Source: Alphaproteobacteria bacterium
GTDB taxonomy: Bacteria > Pseudomonadota > Alphaproteobacteria > JAAXGF01
Direction of reading: 5' to 3'
Assembly: GCA_963555825.3 (NCBI GenBank)
Contig: CAUVXB020000002.1
Span: 3,104,001 to 3,168,000, forward strand
Length of the DNA stretch: 64,000 nucleotides
In this document: positions 28,773 through 38,119 of the stretch, piece after piece
Numbering within the stretch: position 1 is the first letter of the stretch
Layout of the letters: the number at the start of each line of letters is the position of its first letter
Program-made: the position numbers and the translations under genes
Notes under the pieces: model-generated
Told to the model about the DNA's origin: nothing
The model's database searches: none
The model's input: the letters and a program-made list of their open reading frames with translations, nothing else

Positions 28773-29906
28773 TTAGTCGCGCGACAGGTGCTTCTTTGGG
28801 TCGAAGAATGGTTTCTCGACGACCACCGCGCGGCGCGGCCCGTCGGGCGGCGCAACCTCGATCTCGGTGCCGAGCGCGCTGTGGGCGAGGTCGAGCATGG
28901 CGAAGCCGATGTTCTTCTCGAGCCGGGGCAAATAGACGCACGACGTGACATGGCCGATCGCCGTAGCGCCACGCGTCGCCGGCCAACGGTAATCGTTGTA
29001 GTGCAGCGGTGCGCCATCGACCTCGATGCCGACGAGCTTGCGCGTGACGCCCTCGGCCGCGATGCGCCGGAGCGCCGCCTTGCCGATGAAGTCGTTCTCC
29101 TGGTCGAGATCGACGAGCCGGCCGAGCCCGACCTCGAAGGGATTGGTGGCGGCGTCGATGTCGACCGAGTAGTCGTAGATACCGGCCTCGATGCGGCGGA
29201 TGCGCGACGGGCAGCCGGGCGCTATGCCGTGGGCCGAGCCGGCCGCCATGATGGCCTCCCACAACTCGTCGGCGCGGGCCGTGTCGCGCAGGTAGATCTC
29301 GTAGCCGAGCTCGGCGCTCCAGCCGGTGCGCGCGACGACCAGCGGCATGCCGTCGAGCGCGGTCTCGACGAGGTCGTAATAGGCGAGCTCGGCGACGTCC
29401 GCGCCGAACAGCGCGACCGCGACGTCGCGCGACTTCGGGCCCTGCAGCTGCAGCGTGCCGACGTCGGGCTCGCGCACTTCGACGTCCATGCCGGCGAACA
29501 CCGCGACGCCCTGGGCCCACATCAGGATGTCCGAATCGGCGCGCGACAGCCAGAAACGGTTCTCCTCGAGGCGCAGCAGCACCGGGTCGTTGAGGATGCC
29601 GCCATCGGGCGCCGTCACGACGACGTATTTGCACTGGCCCACGGCGCATTTGTTCAGGTCGCGGGGCACAAGCAGGTTGGCGAAGGCGAAACCGTCGGGA
29701 CCGCTGATCTCGACGATGCGCTGCCCGGCGACGTCCCACAACGCAACGCCGTCGACGAGCTGCCAGAATTCGGTCTCGGGATCCGTGAACCCCATCGGCA
29801 GATAGGTCTTGTTGTAGATGCTGAAGCCCTTGACGCCGTGGCGCACGGTCGCTTCGTAAAAGGGCGAGCGCCGGAATCGCGGGCTGAGAACGAATTCTGT
29901 CGACAC
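28773..29906 (-). CDS. GcvT-family aminomethyltransferase/demethylase (DmdA-like)
   Basis: RFRRSPF, LWDVAGQR, GGILNDPVLLRL, LQGPKS, RTGWSAELGYEIY, RRIEAG. Confidence 0.82.
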   Translation of the reverse strand: MSTEFVLSPRFRRSPFYEATVRHGVKGFSIYNKTYLPMGFTDPETEFWQLVDGVALWDVAGQRIVEISGPDGFAFANLLVPRDLNKCAVGQCKYVVVTAPDGGILNDPVLLRLEENRFWLSRADSDILMWAQGVAVFAGMDVEVREPDVGTLQLQGPKSRDVAVALFGADVAELAYYDLVETALDGMPLVVARTGWSAELGYEIYLRDTARADELWEAIMAAGSAHGIAPGCPSRIRRIEAGIYDYSVDIDAATNPFEVGLGRLVDLDQENDFIGKAALRRIAAEGVTRKLVGIEVDGAPLHYNDYRWPATRGATAIGHVTSCVYLPRLEKNIGFAMLDLAHSALGTEIEVAPPDGPRRAVVVEKPFFDPKKHLSRD

Positions 29907-29918
29907 GTGCGTCGGCCG

Positions 29919-31703
29919 CTAGACGTCGTCGTCGCCGAGCGCCGCGAGTGTCGCGGCGCCGCTGGTGATCGGCCCGAGCAGTGCTTCGGCCTGGGGCAGC
30001 AGGCGGTCGATGTAGAAGCGCGCGGTGGCCTGTTTGGTCCGGTAGAAGGTATCGCCGGCGTTGCTCTCGGCGAGGCGTTCGCCGGCGACGATCGCCGCCT
30101 CGGCCATCATCTGGCCGCATGCGACGAGGCCCAGCATGCGCAGATAATCGGTCGCCCCGGCGGCGGCGCTTTCCGGGTCGTGGCCCCAGGTCTCGCGCAG
30201 CCAGCGCGTCGCGCTCTCGAGCGCCGTCGCGGCGCTGCCGAGCGGGCCCGCGAAGCCGGTCAGTCCATCGCCGGCCACCTCGACGCGCGCCGTCGTGTCG
30301 GCGAGACGGGCGAGGAACTCGCCGATCGCGCGGCCGTCGTCGGCCATCAGCTTGCGGCGCGCCAGGTCGAGCGCCTGGATGCCGTTGGCGCCCTCGTAGA
30401 TCATCACGATGCGCGCGTCGCGCAGGTCCTGCGCCGCGCCGGTCTCCTCGATATAGCCCATGCCGCCGTGCACCTGGACGCCGAGCGACGCGACCTCGAA
30501 ACCGGTATCGCCGCAATAGGCCTTGATGACCGGCGTCAGCAGCCCGACGCGGCGCGCGCTGGCGGCGCGCGTCTCGGCGTCCGCGTGGCGCCGGGCGACG
30601 TCGCCCTCGGCGGCGACGTGGCAGGCCAGCGCGCGCATCGCCTCGATCTGCGCCTTCATGATCATCAGCATGCGACGCACGTCGGGGTGGTCGATCAGCC
30701 GCGCCGGTTTGCCGTCGCCGAGCCGCGTCCCCTGGCGCCGCTCGACGGCATAGGCACGGGCCCGTTGATAGGCGCGCTCGGCGACCGCGACGCCCTGCAG
30801 CCCGACCGCCAGCCGGGCCTCGTTCATCATCGTGAACATGCAGGCGATGCCGTGGTTTTCCTCACCCACCAGATAGCCAACGGCGCCGTCGCCCTCGCCG
30901 AACGCCAGGGTGCAGGTCGGGCTCGCCTGAATGCCCAGCTTGTGCTCGATCGAGAGCAGCTTGATGTCGTTGTGCACGCCGAGCGCGCCGTCGGCGCCGA
31001 CCATTACCTTGGGCACCAGGAAGAGCGACACGCCGCGCGAGCCGGCCGGCGCGCCCGCCGTGCGCGCGAGAACCATGTAGACGATGTTCTCGGCCATGTC
31101 GTGGTCGCCGTACGTGACGAAGATCTTGGTTCCCTTCAGGCGGTAATGATCGCCGTTTCGCACGGCGCGCGTGGTCAGCGCGCCGACGTCCGAGCCGGCC
31201 TGCGGCTCGGTCATGCACATGGCGCCCGACCATTCGCCCGACACCAGCTTGGCCAGATAGGCCGCCTTCTGGTCGTCGGAGCCATGCGCGGCGAGCAGGG
31301 CGATGGCGCTCTGGGTCAACAGCGGGCACAGCGCGAAGGACATGTTGGCCGCGTCCCACATCTCGGCGAGCACGGTGGCCACGGCGTTGGGCAGCCCCTG
31401 GCCGTCGTATGCCGGGTCGGCGGCGACGCCGTTCCAGCCACCCGCGACGAACCGGCGATAGGCGTCGGCGAAGCCGTCGGGCATGCGCACGACGCCGTTC
31501 GCGAGGCGCGCGCCGGCCAGATCGCCCGGCCGGTTGAGCGGCGCCAGCACGCGGCCGGCAAACTTGGCGGCCTCGTCGAGCACGCGGTCGATGTCGCCGG
31601 CCTCAAGCGCGCCGTTGCCGCCGAGCCCGGTCAGCGTGGCGGCGTCGACCAGCTCGTGCAGCACGAAGCGCATGTCGGCGAGTGGTGCATCGTAGCCCGT
31701 CAT
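29919..31703 (-). CDS. Acyl-CoA dehydrogenase (DmdC-like clade)
   Basis: MCMTEPQAGSDVG, GTKIFVTYGDHD, EHKLGI, MFTMMNEARL, GVQVHGGMGYIEE, IYEGANGIQALDL. Confidence 0.9.
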   Translation of the reverse strand: MTGYDAPLADMRFVLHELVDAATLTGLGGNGALEAGDIDRVLDEAAKFAGRVLAPLNRPGDLAGARLANGVVRMPDGFADAYRRFVAGGWNGVAADPAYDGQGLPNAVATVLAEMWDAANMSFALCPLLTQSAIALLAAHGSDDQKAAYLAKLVSGEWSGAMCMTEPQAGSDVGALTTRAVRNGDHYRLKGTKIFVTYGDHDMAENIVYMVLARTAGAPAGSRGVSLFLVPKVMVGADGALGVHNDIKLLSIEHKLGIQASPTCTLAFGEGDGAVGYLVGEENHGIACMFTMMNEARLAVGLQGVAVAERAYQRARAYAVERRQGTRLGDGKPARLIDHPDVRRMLMIMKAQIEAMRALACHVAAEGDVARRHADAETRAASARRVGLLTPVIKAYCGDTGFEVASLGVQVHGGMGYIEETGAAQDLRDARIVMIYEGANGIQALDLARRKLMADDGRAIGEFLARLADTTARVEVAGDGLTGFAGPLGSAATALESATRWLRETWGHDPESAAAGATDYLRMLGLVACGQMMAEAAIVAGERLAESNAGDTFYRTKQATARFYIDRLLPQAEALLGPITSGAATLAALGDDDV

Positions 31704-31711
31704 CCGTCCCC

Positions 31712-31981
31712 CTAGTGGATAGAATCCATCATATGGTGCCCATACGATCCCATATCCCGGTTTCTCGGCAGGCGAGCGCCCGCCGGCGATGCCTTTGCAT
31801 CGGCAAGGGTGTTCGACGCCCCGAGAAGCCGGGATATGGGACCCGCAGGGCGGCGTCCCAAGGCCGCCGGACGCGTTGCCCGATGCTTGTGATGCTCCAG
31901 CATCACCGCACATCGGGCGCCTTTCCGGGCGACCTTGGGACGCCGTCGTATGGGCACCATATGTTGGATTCTATCCACTAG
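31712..31981. mobile_element. MITE-like non-autonomous element, CTAG-bounded
   Basis: 36-bp terminal inverted repeats (31712-31747 / 31946-31981, 1 mismatch) that include CTAG; nested internal hairpins; no plausible ORF. Confidence 0.85.
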
Positions 31982-33399
31982 ACGACCTTGCCCGGATTCA
32001 TGATGCCCTGCGGGTCGAGCGCCTGCTTGAGGCGCTGCATCAGGGCGATCTCGACCGGCGATTTGTAGCGCTTCAGGTCGTCGCGCTTCAAGCGTCCGAT
32101 GCCGTGCTCGGCCGAAAAGGAGCCACCCATCGCCATCGTGATGTCATGGACGGCGCGGTTTATTTGACCCCATTCGGCGAGGAAGGTTTCGGTGTCGGCG
32201 CCGACCGGTTGGCTCAGGTTGAAATGCACGTTGCCGTCGCCGAGGTGGCCGAAGGCGACGACGCGGATGCCCGGGATGCGCGCCTCGACCAGGGCCGATG
32301 CCTCGGCGATGAAATCGGCGAAGCGCGACAGGGGCAGCGCAACGTCGTGCTTGATCGAGCCGCCCTCGGGCTTCTGCGCCTCGACCATGTCCTCGCGGAT
32401 GCGCCAGAACGAGCGTGCCTGCTCGGCGTTGGCGGCGATCGTCGCGTCTTGCGCGACACCGTCCTCGATGGCCTCGGCGAGCGCGTCCTCGAGGGTGTCG
32501 CGCAGGCGCTCGGGACCGGCCAGCGCCGACAGCTCCAAGAGCACATAGAACGGATGCGGTTCGGCGAGCGGGTCGCGGTGACCGGTCATGTGGCGCAGCG
32601 TGAAGTCGATGGCGATGCGCGGGATCAGCTCGCAGCCGGTCAGCGCGCCACCGGCTGCGTCGCGCACGCGGCGGAACAGCTCGACCGCGGCGTGCGGGTC
32701 GTCGACGCCGACGAAGGCGCTCTCGACGTGGCGCGGCCGGGGGAACAGCTTCAGCACGGCGCCGGTGATGATGCCCAGCGTGCCCTCGGCGCCGATGAAC
32801 ATATGCTTCAGGTCGTAGCCGGTATTGTCTTTGCGCAAGCCGCGCAAGCCGTCCCACAGCTCGCCGTCGGGCAGCACGACCTCGAGGCCGAGCACCAGGT
32901 CGCGCGCGTTGCCATAGCGCAGCACCGCCGTGCCGCCGGCGTTGGTCGACAGGTTGCCGCCGATGCGGCAGCTGCCCTCGGCGCCCAGGCTCAGCGGGAA
33001 ATAGCGGTCGGCGGCGGCCGCCGCGGCCTGTACTTCTGCCAGGATGCAGCCGGCGTCGACGGTGATCGTGTCGTTGACCGGGTCGACCGCGCGCACCGCG
33101 GCCATGCGGCCCAGGCTCAGGACGATCTCGTCGCCGTGCTCGTGCGGCACCGAGCCGCCGACCAGACCGGTGTTGCCGCCCTGCGGCACGATGGCGACAC
33201 CCGCCTCGGCGCAGGCCTTGACCACGGCGGAAACCTCCTGGGCGCCGGCGGGTCGGACGACCAGCGCCGCGTTGCCGTGGAACAGGCCGCGCGGCTCGAC
33301 CAGGAAGGGCGCCATGTCGTGCGGGTCCGCCGTCCAGCCGGCCGGCCCGACGATGTCTTTGATGCGCGCCAACGCGGCGTTGGTGGGGGTCGGCGGCAT
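31978..33399 (-). CDS. FAD-binding oxidoreductase (D-2-hydroxyacid dehydrogenase family)
   Basis: PQGGNTGLVGG, IGGNLSTNAGG, LRKDNTGYDLK, GHLGDGNVHFN, SAEHGIG. Confidence 0.9.
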   Translation of the reverse strand: MPPTPTNAALARIKDIVGPAGWTADPHDMAPFLVEPRGLFHGNAALVVRPAGAQEVSAVVKACAEAGVAIVPQGGNTGLVGGSVPHEHGDEIVLSLGRMAAVRAVDPVNDTITVDAGCILAEVQAAAAAADRYFPLSLGAEGSCRIGGNLSTNAGGTAVLRYGNARDLVLGLEVVLPDGELWDGLRGLRKDNTGYDLKHMFIGAEGTLGIITGAVLKLFPRPRHVESAFVGVDDPHAAVELFRRVRDAAGGALTGCELIPRIAIDFTLRHMTGHRDPLAEPHPFYVLLELSALAGPERLRDTLEDALAEAIEDGVAQDATIAANAEQARSFWRIREDMVEAQKPEGGSIKHDVALPLSRFADFIAEASALVEARIPGIRVVAFGHLGDGNVHFNLSQPVGADTETFLAEWGQINRAVHDITMAMGGSFSAEHGIGRLKRDDLKRYKSPVEIALMQRLKQALDPQGIMNPGKVV

Positions 33400-34400
33400 C
33401 AGGCGGCGTCCTCGCCGGCCGCGCGGGCCGCGCCGACCGCGCGGGGCGCCGCGGCGCGCGCCAGCCGGTCGTTGATCGCGACGCCGAGGCCGTCGTTTGG
33501 GATCGGCACGACGGCGATCGCCGTGAATTCGGGCCGGTCGAGCGCGTGGAGCATGGCGAACAGGTTGGCGGCGGCCTCGTCGAGATTTCCCGACGCGCTC
33601 AAGTTCAACGTCTCGGCCGCGCCGTCGGGCGCGGCGGCGCCGAACGCGAGCAGCGCCTCGCCGGCGGCGATGTCGCGGGCCGCGAGGCGCAGCGGCAGCT
33701 GCGGCGCGTAGTGGCTCGCCATCATGCCGGGCGAGCGCGCCGGACCGTCACCGGGGCCGCCGAGCGGGCCGATCTCGGCCTCGATTTCACTATGCGTCAC
33801 GCCGCCCGGACGCAGCAAGCGCACGACATCAGGTTCGCTCGCGTCGACCACCGTCGATTCGATGCCGAGCGGGCAGGGGCCGTCGTCGAGGATCAGCGCG
33901 ACGCGATCGCCGAGGCGCGCGGCGACATGGGCCGCCGTCGTCGGGCTCAGCCCGCCCGACGGGTTGGCGCTGGGTGCTGCGACCGGCCGGCCGGTCTCGG
34001 CGAGCAGGGCCAGCGCGGTCGGGTGCGCCGGCACCCGGATCGCCACCGTGTCGAGCCCGGCGCTGACCAGCGGCGAGAGGCGCGTGTCGGCGCGGCGGCG
34101 CAGCACCAGGGTCAGTGGGCCGGGCCAGAAACGCGCGGCGAGCCGCTCGGCGCGGTCGTCGAGCAGCGCCTCACGGGCGGCGTCGGCGGGCGCCGCGACG
34201 TGGACGATGAGCGGGTTCTCGCGCGCCCGGCCCTTGGCCCGGTAGACCGCGGCGACGGCGGCGTCGCTGGTCGCGTCGGCGCCCAGGCCGTAGACCGTCT
34301 CGGTCGGGAAGGCGACCAGTCGGCCGGCGCGCAGCAGCCCGGCCGCGCGTGCGATGGCGGCGGGTTCGGCGGCGACGATCTCGGCTTGGGCTGGCGCCAC
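33399..34400 (-). CDS. sua5: L-threonylcarbamoyladenylate synthase (Sua5)
   Basis: VAFPTETVYGLG, NPLIVHV, FWPGPLT, AAPSAN, GIESTV, SPGM..SHYAP. Confidence 0.92.
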   Translation of the reverse strand: MAPAQAEIVAAEPAAIARAAGLLRAGRLVAFPTETVYGLGADATSDAAVAAVYRAKGRARENPLIVHVAAPADAAREALLDDRAERLAARFWPGPLTLVLRRRADTRLSPLVSAGLDTVAIRVPAHPTALALLAETGRPVAAPSANPSGGLSPTTAAHVAARLGDRVALILDDGPCPLGIESTVVDASEPDVVRLLRPGGVTHSEIEAEIGPLGGPGDGPARSPGMMASHYAPQLPLRLAARDIAAGEALLAFGAAAPDGAAETLNLSASGNLDEAAANLFAMLHALDRPEFTAIAVVPIPNDGLGVAINDRLARAAAPRAVGAARAAGEDAA

Positions 34401-34427
34401 GCGGATGCTCCGGTCGGTTCGAACGCG

Positions 34428-35219
34428 TCAGTCTACATCATCGCGACCGCGATCATCGCGCCCGCGCACGACGAACGACGGATTCTCCAGGCCCGGCTTG
34501 CCGTAGCTCAGCTCGGCGCCGTCCAGGGTGCGCACGCTGCCGCCCGCCGCGGCGACCACGGCATGGCCGGCGGCGGTGTCCCATTCCATGGTCCGGTCGA
34601 GCCGCGGATAGATGTCGGCGACGCCCTCGGCGACCAGGCAGAATTTCAGCGAGCTGCCGCCGACGCGCTCATCCACGATCGTGTAACCGGCGAGATAATC
34701 GGTGGTTTCCGCGTTCATATGCGAGCGGCTCACCGCGGCGACCAGCCCGTCGGCGGCGGGCGCGCGCGCCTCGATCGGTTGCGCCGCGCTGGCGCCGCGT
34801 TCGACGAAGGCCCGCTCGCCGTCGCTGGTGTAGCCGACCCCAATGGCCGGCGCGGTGACGATGCCGAGCGTCGGCCGGCCGTCCTCGATCAGCGCGATGT
34901 TGACGGTGAACTCGCCGTTGCGGCTGATGAACTCCTTGGTGCCGTCGAGCGGGTCGACCAGCCAGAAGCGCCTGCCCAGCGCCGGGAGGTCGCCGGCCGC
35001 CGCCATCTCCTCGGCCGCGACCGGGATATCGGGCGCGAACGCCCTGAGCGCCTCGACGATAAGGCGTTCGGCCGCCTCGTCGGCGTCGGTCACGGGCGAG
35101 GCGTCGGCCTTGGCGCGCACGGCGGTCCCGCCGTCGTAGAAGCCCATGATGACGTCGCCGGCGGCATAGGCGATACGGCGCAACTCGGCGATCAACGCGC
35201 GGGTGTCGGTCTGGCTCAT
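34428..35219 (-). CDS. cysQ: 3'(2'),5'-bisphosphate nucleotidase CysQ
   Basis: KADASPVTDAD, FWLVDPLDGTKEF, GEFTVNIAL, GSSLKFC, TMEWDTAAG. Confidence 0.92.
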   Translation of the reverse strand: MSQTDTRALIAELRRIAYAAGDVIMGFYDGGTAVRAKADASPVTDADEAAERLIVEALRAFAPDIPVAAEEMAAAGDLPALGRRFWLVDPLDGTKEFISRNGEFTVNIALIEDGRPTLGIVTAPAIGVGYTSDGERAFVERGASAAQPIEARAPAADGLVAAVSRSHMNAETTDYLAGYTIVDERVGGSSLKFCLVAEGVADIYPRLDRTMEWDTAAGHAVVAAAGGSVRTLDGAELSYGKPGLENPSFVVRGRDDRGRDDVD

Positions 35220-35253
35220 CGGGGATCCGTCGTTGGTGGCGGGTCGGCGCCCG

Positions 35254-35658
35254 TCATTCCTGCGAGGGGTACATGTTGTAGACGAAGAAGGCGGTCTCGT
35301 CGCCCGTGTTTTCGAGCTGGTAATGCCAGCCGGGCGCCAGGTAGACCGCATCGTCGGGGCCGAATTCGATGACGCCCTCGTCCCAGGTCAGCGACAGGTT
35401 GCCGCGGATGCAGTAGTAGGTCTCCTCGACCGGGCCGTACCAGTGCTCGCCGGGGCCGGCGTCGTTCTCGGGCCGCGACGACCAGCGGTTGGTGCGCTCG
35501 CCGGGATCGAGCGTCGAGACGCCGAGCGTCAGCTCGGAGCCGTGGCGGCCCCGCGTGATCAGGCGCTGAATGCGCACCTTTGTCGGCGCGTCCTCTGACG
35601 CGCGGCACGGAATGTCGTCGAGGTGGATCTTGGCAGGTCTTGGTTCGGGCTTGGACAT
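35254..35658 (-). CDS. Cupin domain protein
   Basis: EETYYCIRG..GPDDAVYLAPGWHYQLENTG. Confidence 0.75.
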   Translation of the reverse strand: MSKPEPRPAKIHLDDIPCRASEDAPTKVRIQRLITRGRHGSELTLGVSTLDPGERTNRWSSRPENDAGPGEHWYGPVEETYYCIRGNLSLTWDEGVIEFGPDDAVYLAPGWHYQLENTGDETAFFVYNMYPSQE

Positions 35659-35791
35659 GGACGGACCTTTCGCGCGGTATCATCGAGTGTGGCAAACTAG
35701 CCCGGATACCCCGTTGCTTCCAAGACGGTTGTGATCCTTGGAATTGTGGGCTTCGCCCGATCGATTCGAGGAACAGATTGCAGAGGACCAC

Positions 35792-36187
35792 ATGATCGAG
35801 ATCGAACGCGTCAACCACATCGGCATCCGTGTCGCCGACGTCGACCGCGCCGTCGCCTTTTACGGCCACTTCGGCTTCGTGAAGACCTACGAAGGCGGCC
35901 CCGAGCCGGTGGCCATCCTCGACAACGGCAACGGCGTCGAGATCAACCTGATCGTCAACGCCAACGACACCAACGACGGCCGCAACGTGCTGATGGACGT
36001 CGACGCCAAATACCCCGGCTACACCCACGTCGCGCTGCAGATCGCCTCGGCCGAGCAAACGGCGGCGGCGCTCGCCGAACTCGGCATCGAGATCACCGAG
36101 GGCCCGGCGCGTTTCGGCGAAGGTATCTCGCTGTTCATCCGCGACCCCGACCGCAACGTCATCGAGCTGCGCCAGGCCACGGCCTGA
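35792..36187 (+). CDS. VOC/glyoxalase family protein
   Basis: NHIGIRVADVDRAVAFY, THVAL, FIRDPDRNVIEL; RBS gagga. Confidence 0.88.
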   Translation: MIEIERVNHIGIRVADVDRAVAFYGHFGFVKTYEGGPEPVAILDNGNGVEINLIVNANDTNDGRNVLMDVDAKYPGYTHVALQIASAEQTAAALAELGIEITEGPARFGEGISLFIRDPDRNVIELRQATA

Positions 36188-36534
36188 GGCGCGCCGGTTT
36201 CGCAATTTCCTCGCGGCCTGTTACAATCATTCGGTTCAGTGATCGACGACCGAAGGGGCGACCACGGCTCACGCCATGGCGAAATGCCCGCATTGCAGTA
36301 CGTGGTATTCGTTTCGCCGTACGGACGACGGCAAGTGCCAAGCCTGCCATGGCTCGGGCGAAATCGACGATCACTAAAATCGTGGGGGGACTAGGGAGGA
36401 CCTAGAGCATGGCGCCGCGTCCGTCCCGGCCGACGCGTACAAGCCGGTTACCGAGTGCTTGGCGTGCCATCTGGGATAGCGCTGGTGGACGCGCTCTTGA
36501 CCGAATTTCCATAGGTTCGGACGTCACCGGCATT

Positions 36535-37976
36535 ATGTCGCCATGGCGGTGGCTGCGGCGTCGGCCCGACGTCGCCGCCCAATCACAGCGGCGATTGCAG
36601 CGGACGATACCGGTTGCCAGTTCAGTTGCATTGTTCTTGATGCTGATCTGCGCGCCCTCGACGGTCGCGGCCCAAGGCCGATCTATCGCGTGCTCCAGTT
36701 CCACGGCTTGGGCAACCAGGAAATCGAGCCGAGAACGGAGAGCGTCGAGAACGGATTGGCCATAGTGGGGCTCGACCAGATCAGCGACGCCGATATCGTC
36801 ACCAGCGAGGCATTCCGCAAGGCGATCCGCAACTACTACGATAGCCTGCTAGTGTATCGCAAATCGGAGACGGTGTATCAGGGATTGGATGCGCATCTCA
36901 GAAGCGAGATGGACCGCATTCACGACATCGAGATCGTCGCGCGCGCCGGCAACCGGGTGAATGTCAGGATCAAGTATCGCTGGAACGTCAGGGAATTTCG
37001 CCTCGAGGGCCGCAACGACCGCGCCGAGGTGCTGGTCGAATTGATCCCGACGTTCACCAACGAGGTCTATGACTTTGAGCGCTACGGCGAGCCGCTGGTG
37101 CCCAACGACTCCTACTTCCCCGACATCGCGCGCGAATTCGCCGAATTCAATCTGGACAAGGCCTACGACGAGCGCGATTGCGTGCACAACTATCATTCGC
37201 CGCAGGTCTGCGTCGAATCGATCCCACTGTTCTTCCAATTCGCCGAGCGTGAAGGCCTGCCGATCAGTGTCGATACGGCGTACATGTTCAATGCCTTCGT
37301 GCGCGGTGAGTACGCCCGCGCCGACCGTCTCTACGCCCGCGCCAAGGGCTACACATTGCCGACGTACGCAGGCGTCGGCACCGAGGTCGCCGAACTCGTC
37401 CAGGTCGCCCTTGGAAAGCACTATGGGGAAAAGGACGTCTGGGAAGACAATTGCAAGTTCAACTACTACCGACCCAATCTGTGCCCCGGGACGATCGAGA
37501 TCTGGCGCGAGTTCACCGAACGCCATGGGCTCGGCCTCTCGCGGGTCAGCGCCAGGATGTTTCAAGCCTACGCGCGCGGCAACTACCGCCGCGGCGACCG
37601 TCTGTTCCGCGCCGCCAAAGGCATCCCCGAGGCCGAATATACCGGTCCTGGATTGGAAGTGATGGCGCTCGGTCTCGACCCGGCCGTGAACTTGCAGCGC
37701 GATTGTCTGCACGACCCGACCGCGCCCAACCCCTGCGTCGTCTCGATCACCGCGTTCGAAGAGTTCGCCGAGACGCATGGCCTGCCGGTCGACCGCCGCA
37801 CCGCGGCGATCTTCGACGCCTATATCCGCCACGACACCGTCCGGGGCGACTTGCTTTACGCACGCGCCAAGAGCATCCCGCTCGAGGCGGTCGGCGATCC
37901 CGACTACGAACCGGCCGAGCCGTCCGAGCTGATCATCGACATCGTCCCGCCAGCCCGCCCGACACCGGCGCCATGA
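36535..37976 (+). CDS. Hypothetical, probably secreted protein with three ~85-95-aa Cys-pair repeats; signal peptide in a different frame (apparent frameshift near 36676)
   Basis: Frame of ORF 36409 gives ..IPVASSVALFLMLICAPSTVAAQG; body in ORF 36543 carries three Cx6Px2C repeats. Confidence 0.6.
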
Positions 37977-38119
37977 GCCGGGCCGCGCCAACTTCGACGC
38001 GATGTCGATGTGATACGATCCGCGTAAACGTGGTGACGCCCGTGAGAGCACGAACCGCAATTTCCCAACCATGCGTTGGGTACCACGCGGCCGACGCTGG
38101 AGACGAATAGAGACGAGAA

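Noticed and set aside
28773-29906. Assigning the gene symbol dmdA or gcvT
   Set aside because: The family is clear, but orthology cannot be established without phylogeny.
28767-31715. Very long opposite-strand or alternate-frame ORFs (e.g. 28767-31715 +, 39733-42603 -, 27658-30516 -, 31789-33711 +, 4572-6521 -)
   Set aside because: They shadow well-supported genes, are Arg/Ala/Gly-rich with no motifs, and are expected in high-GC DNA.
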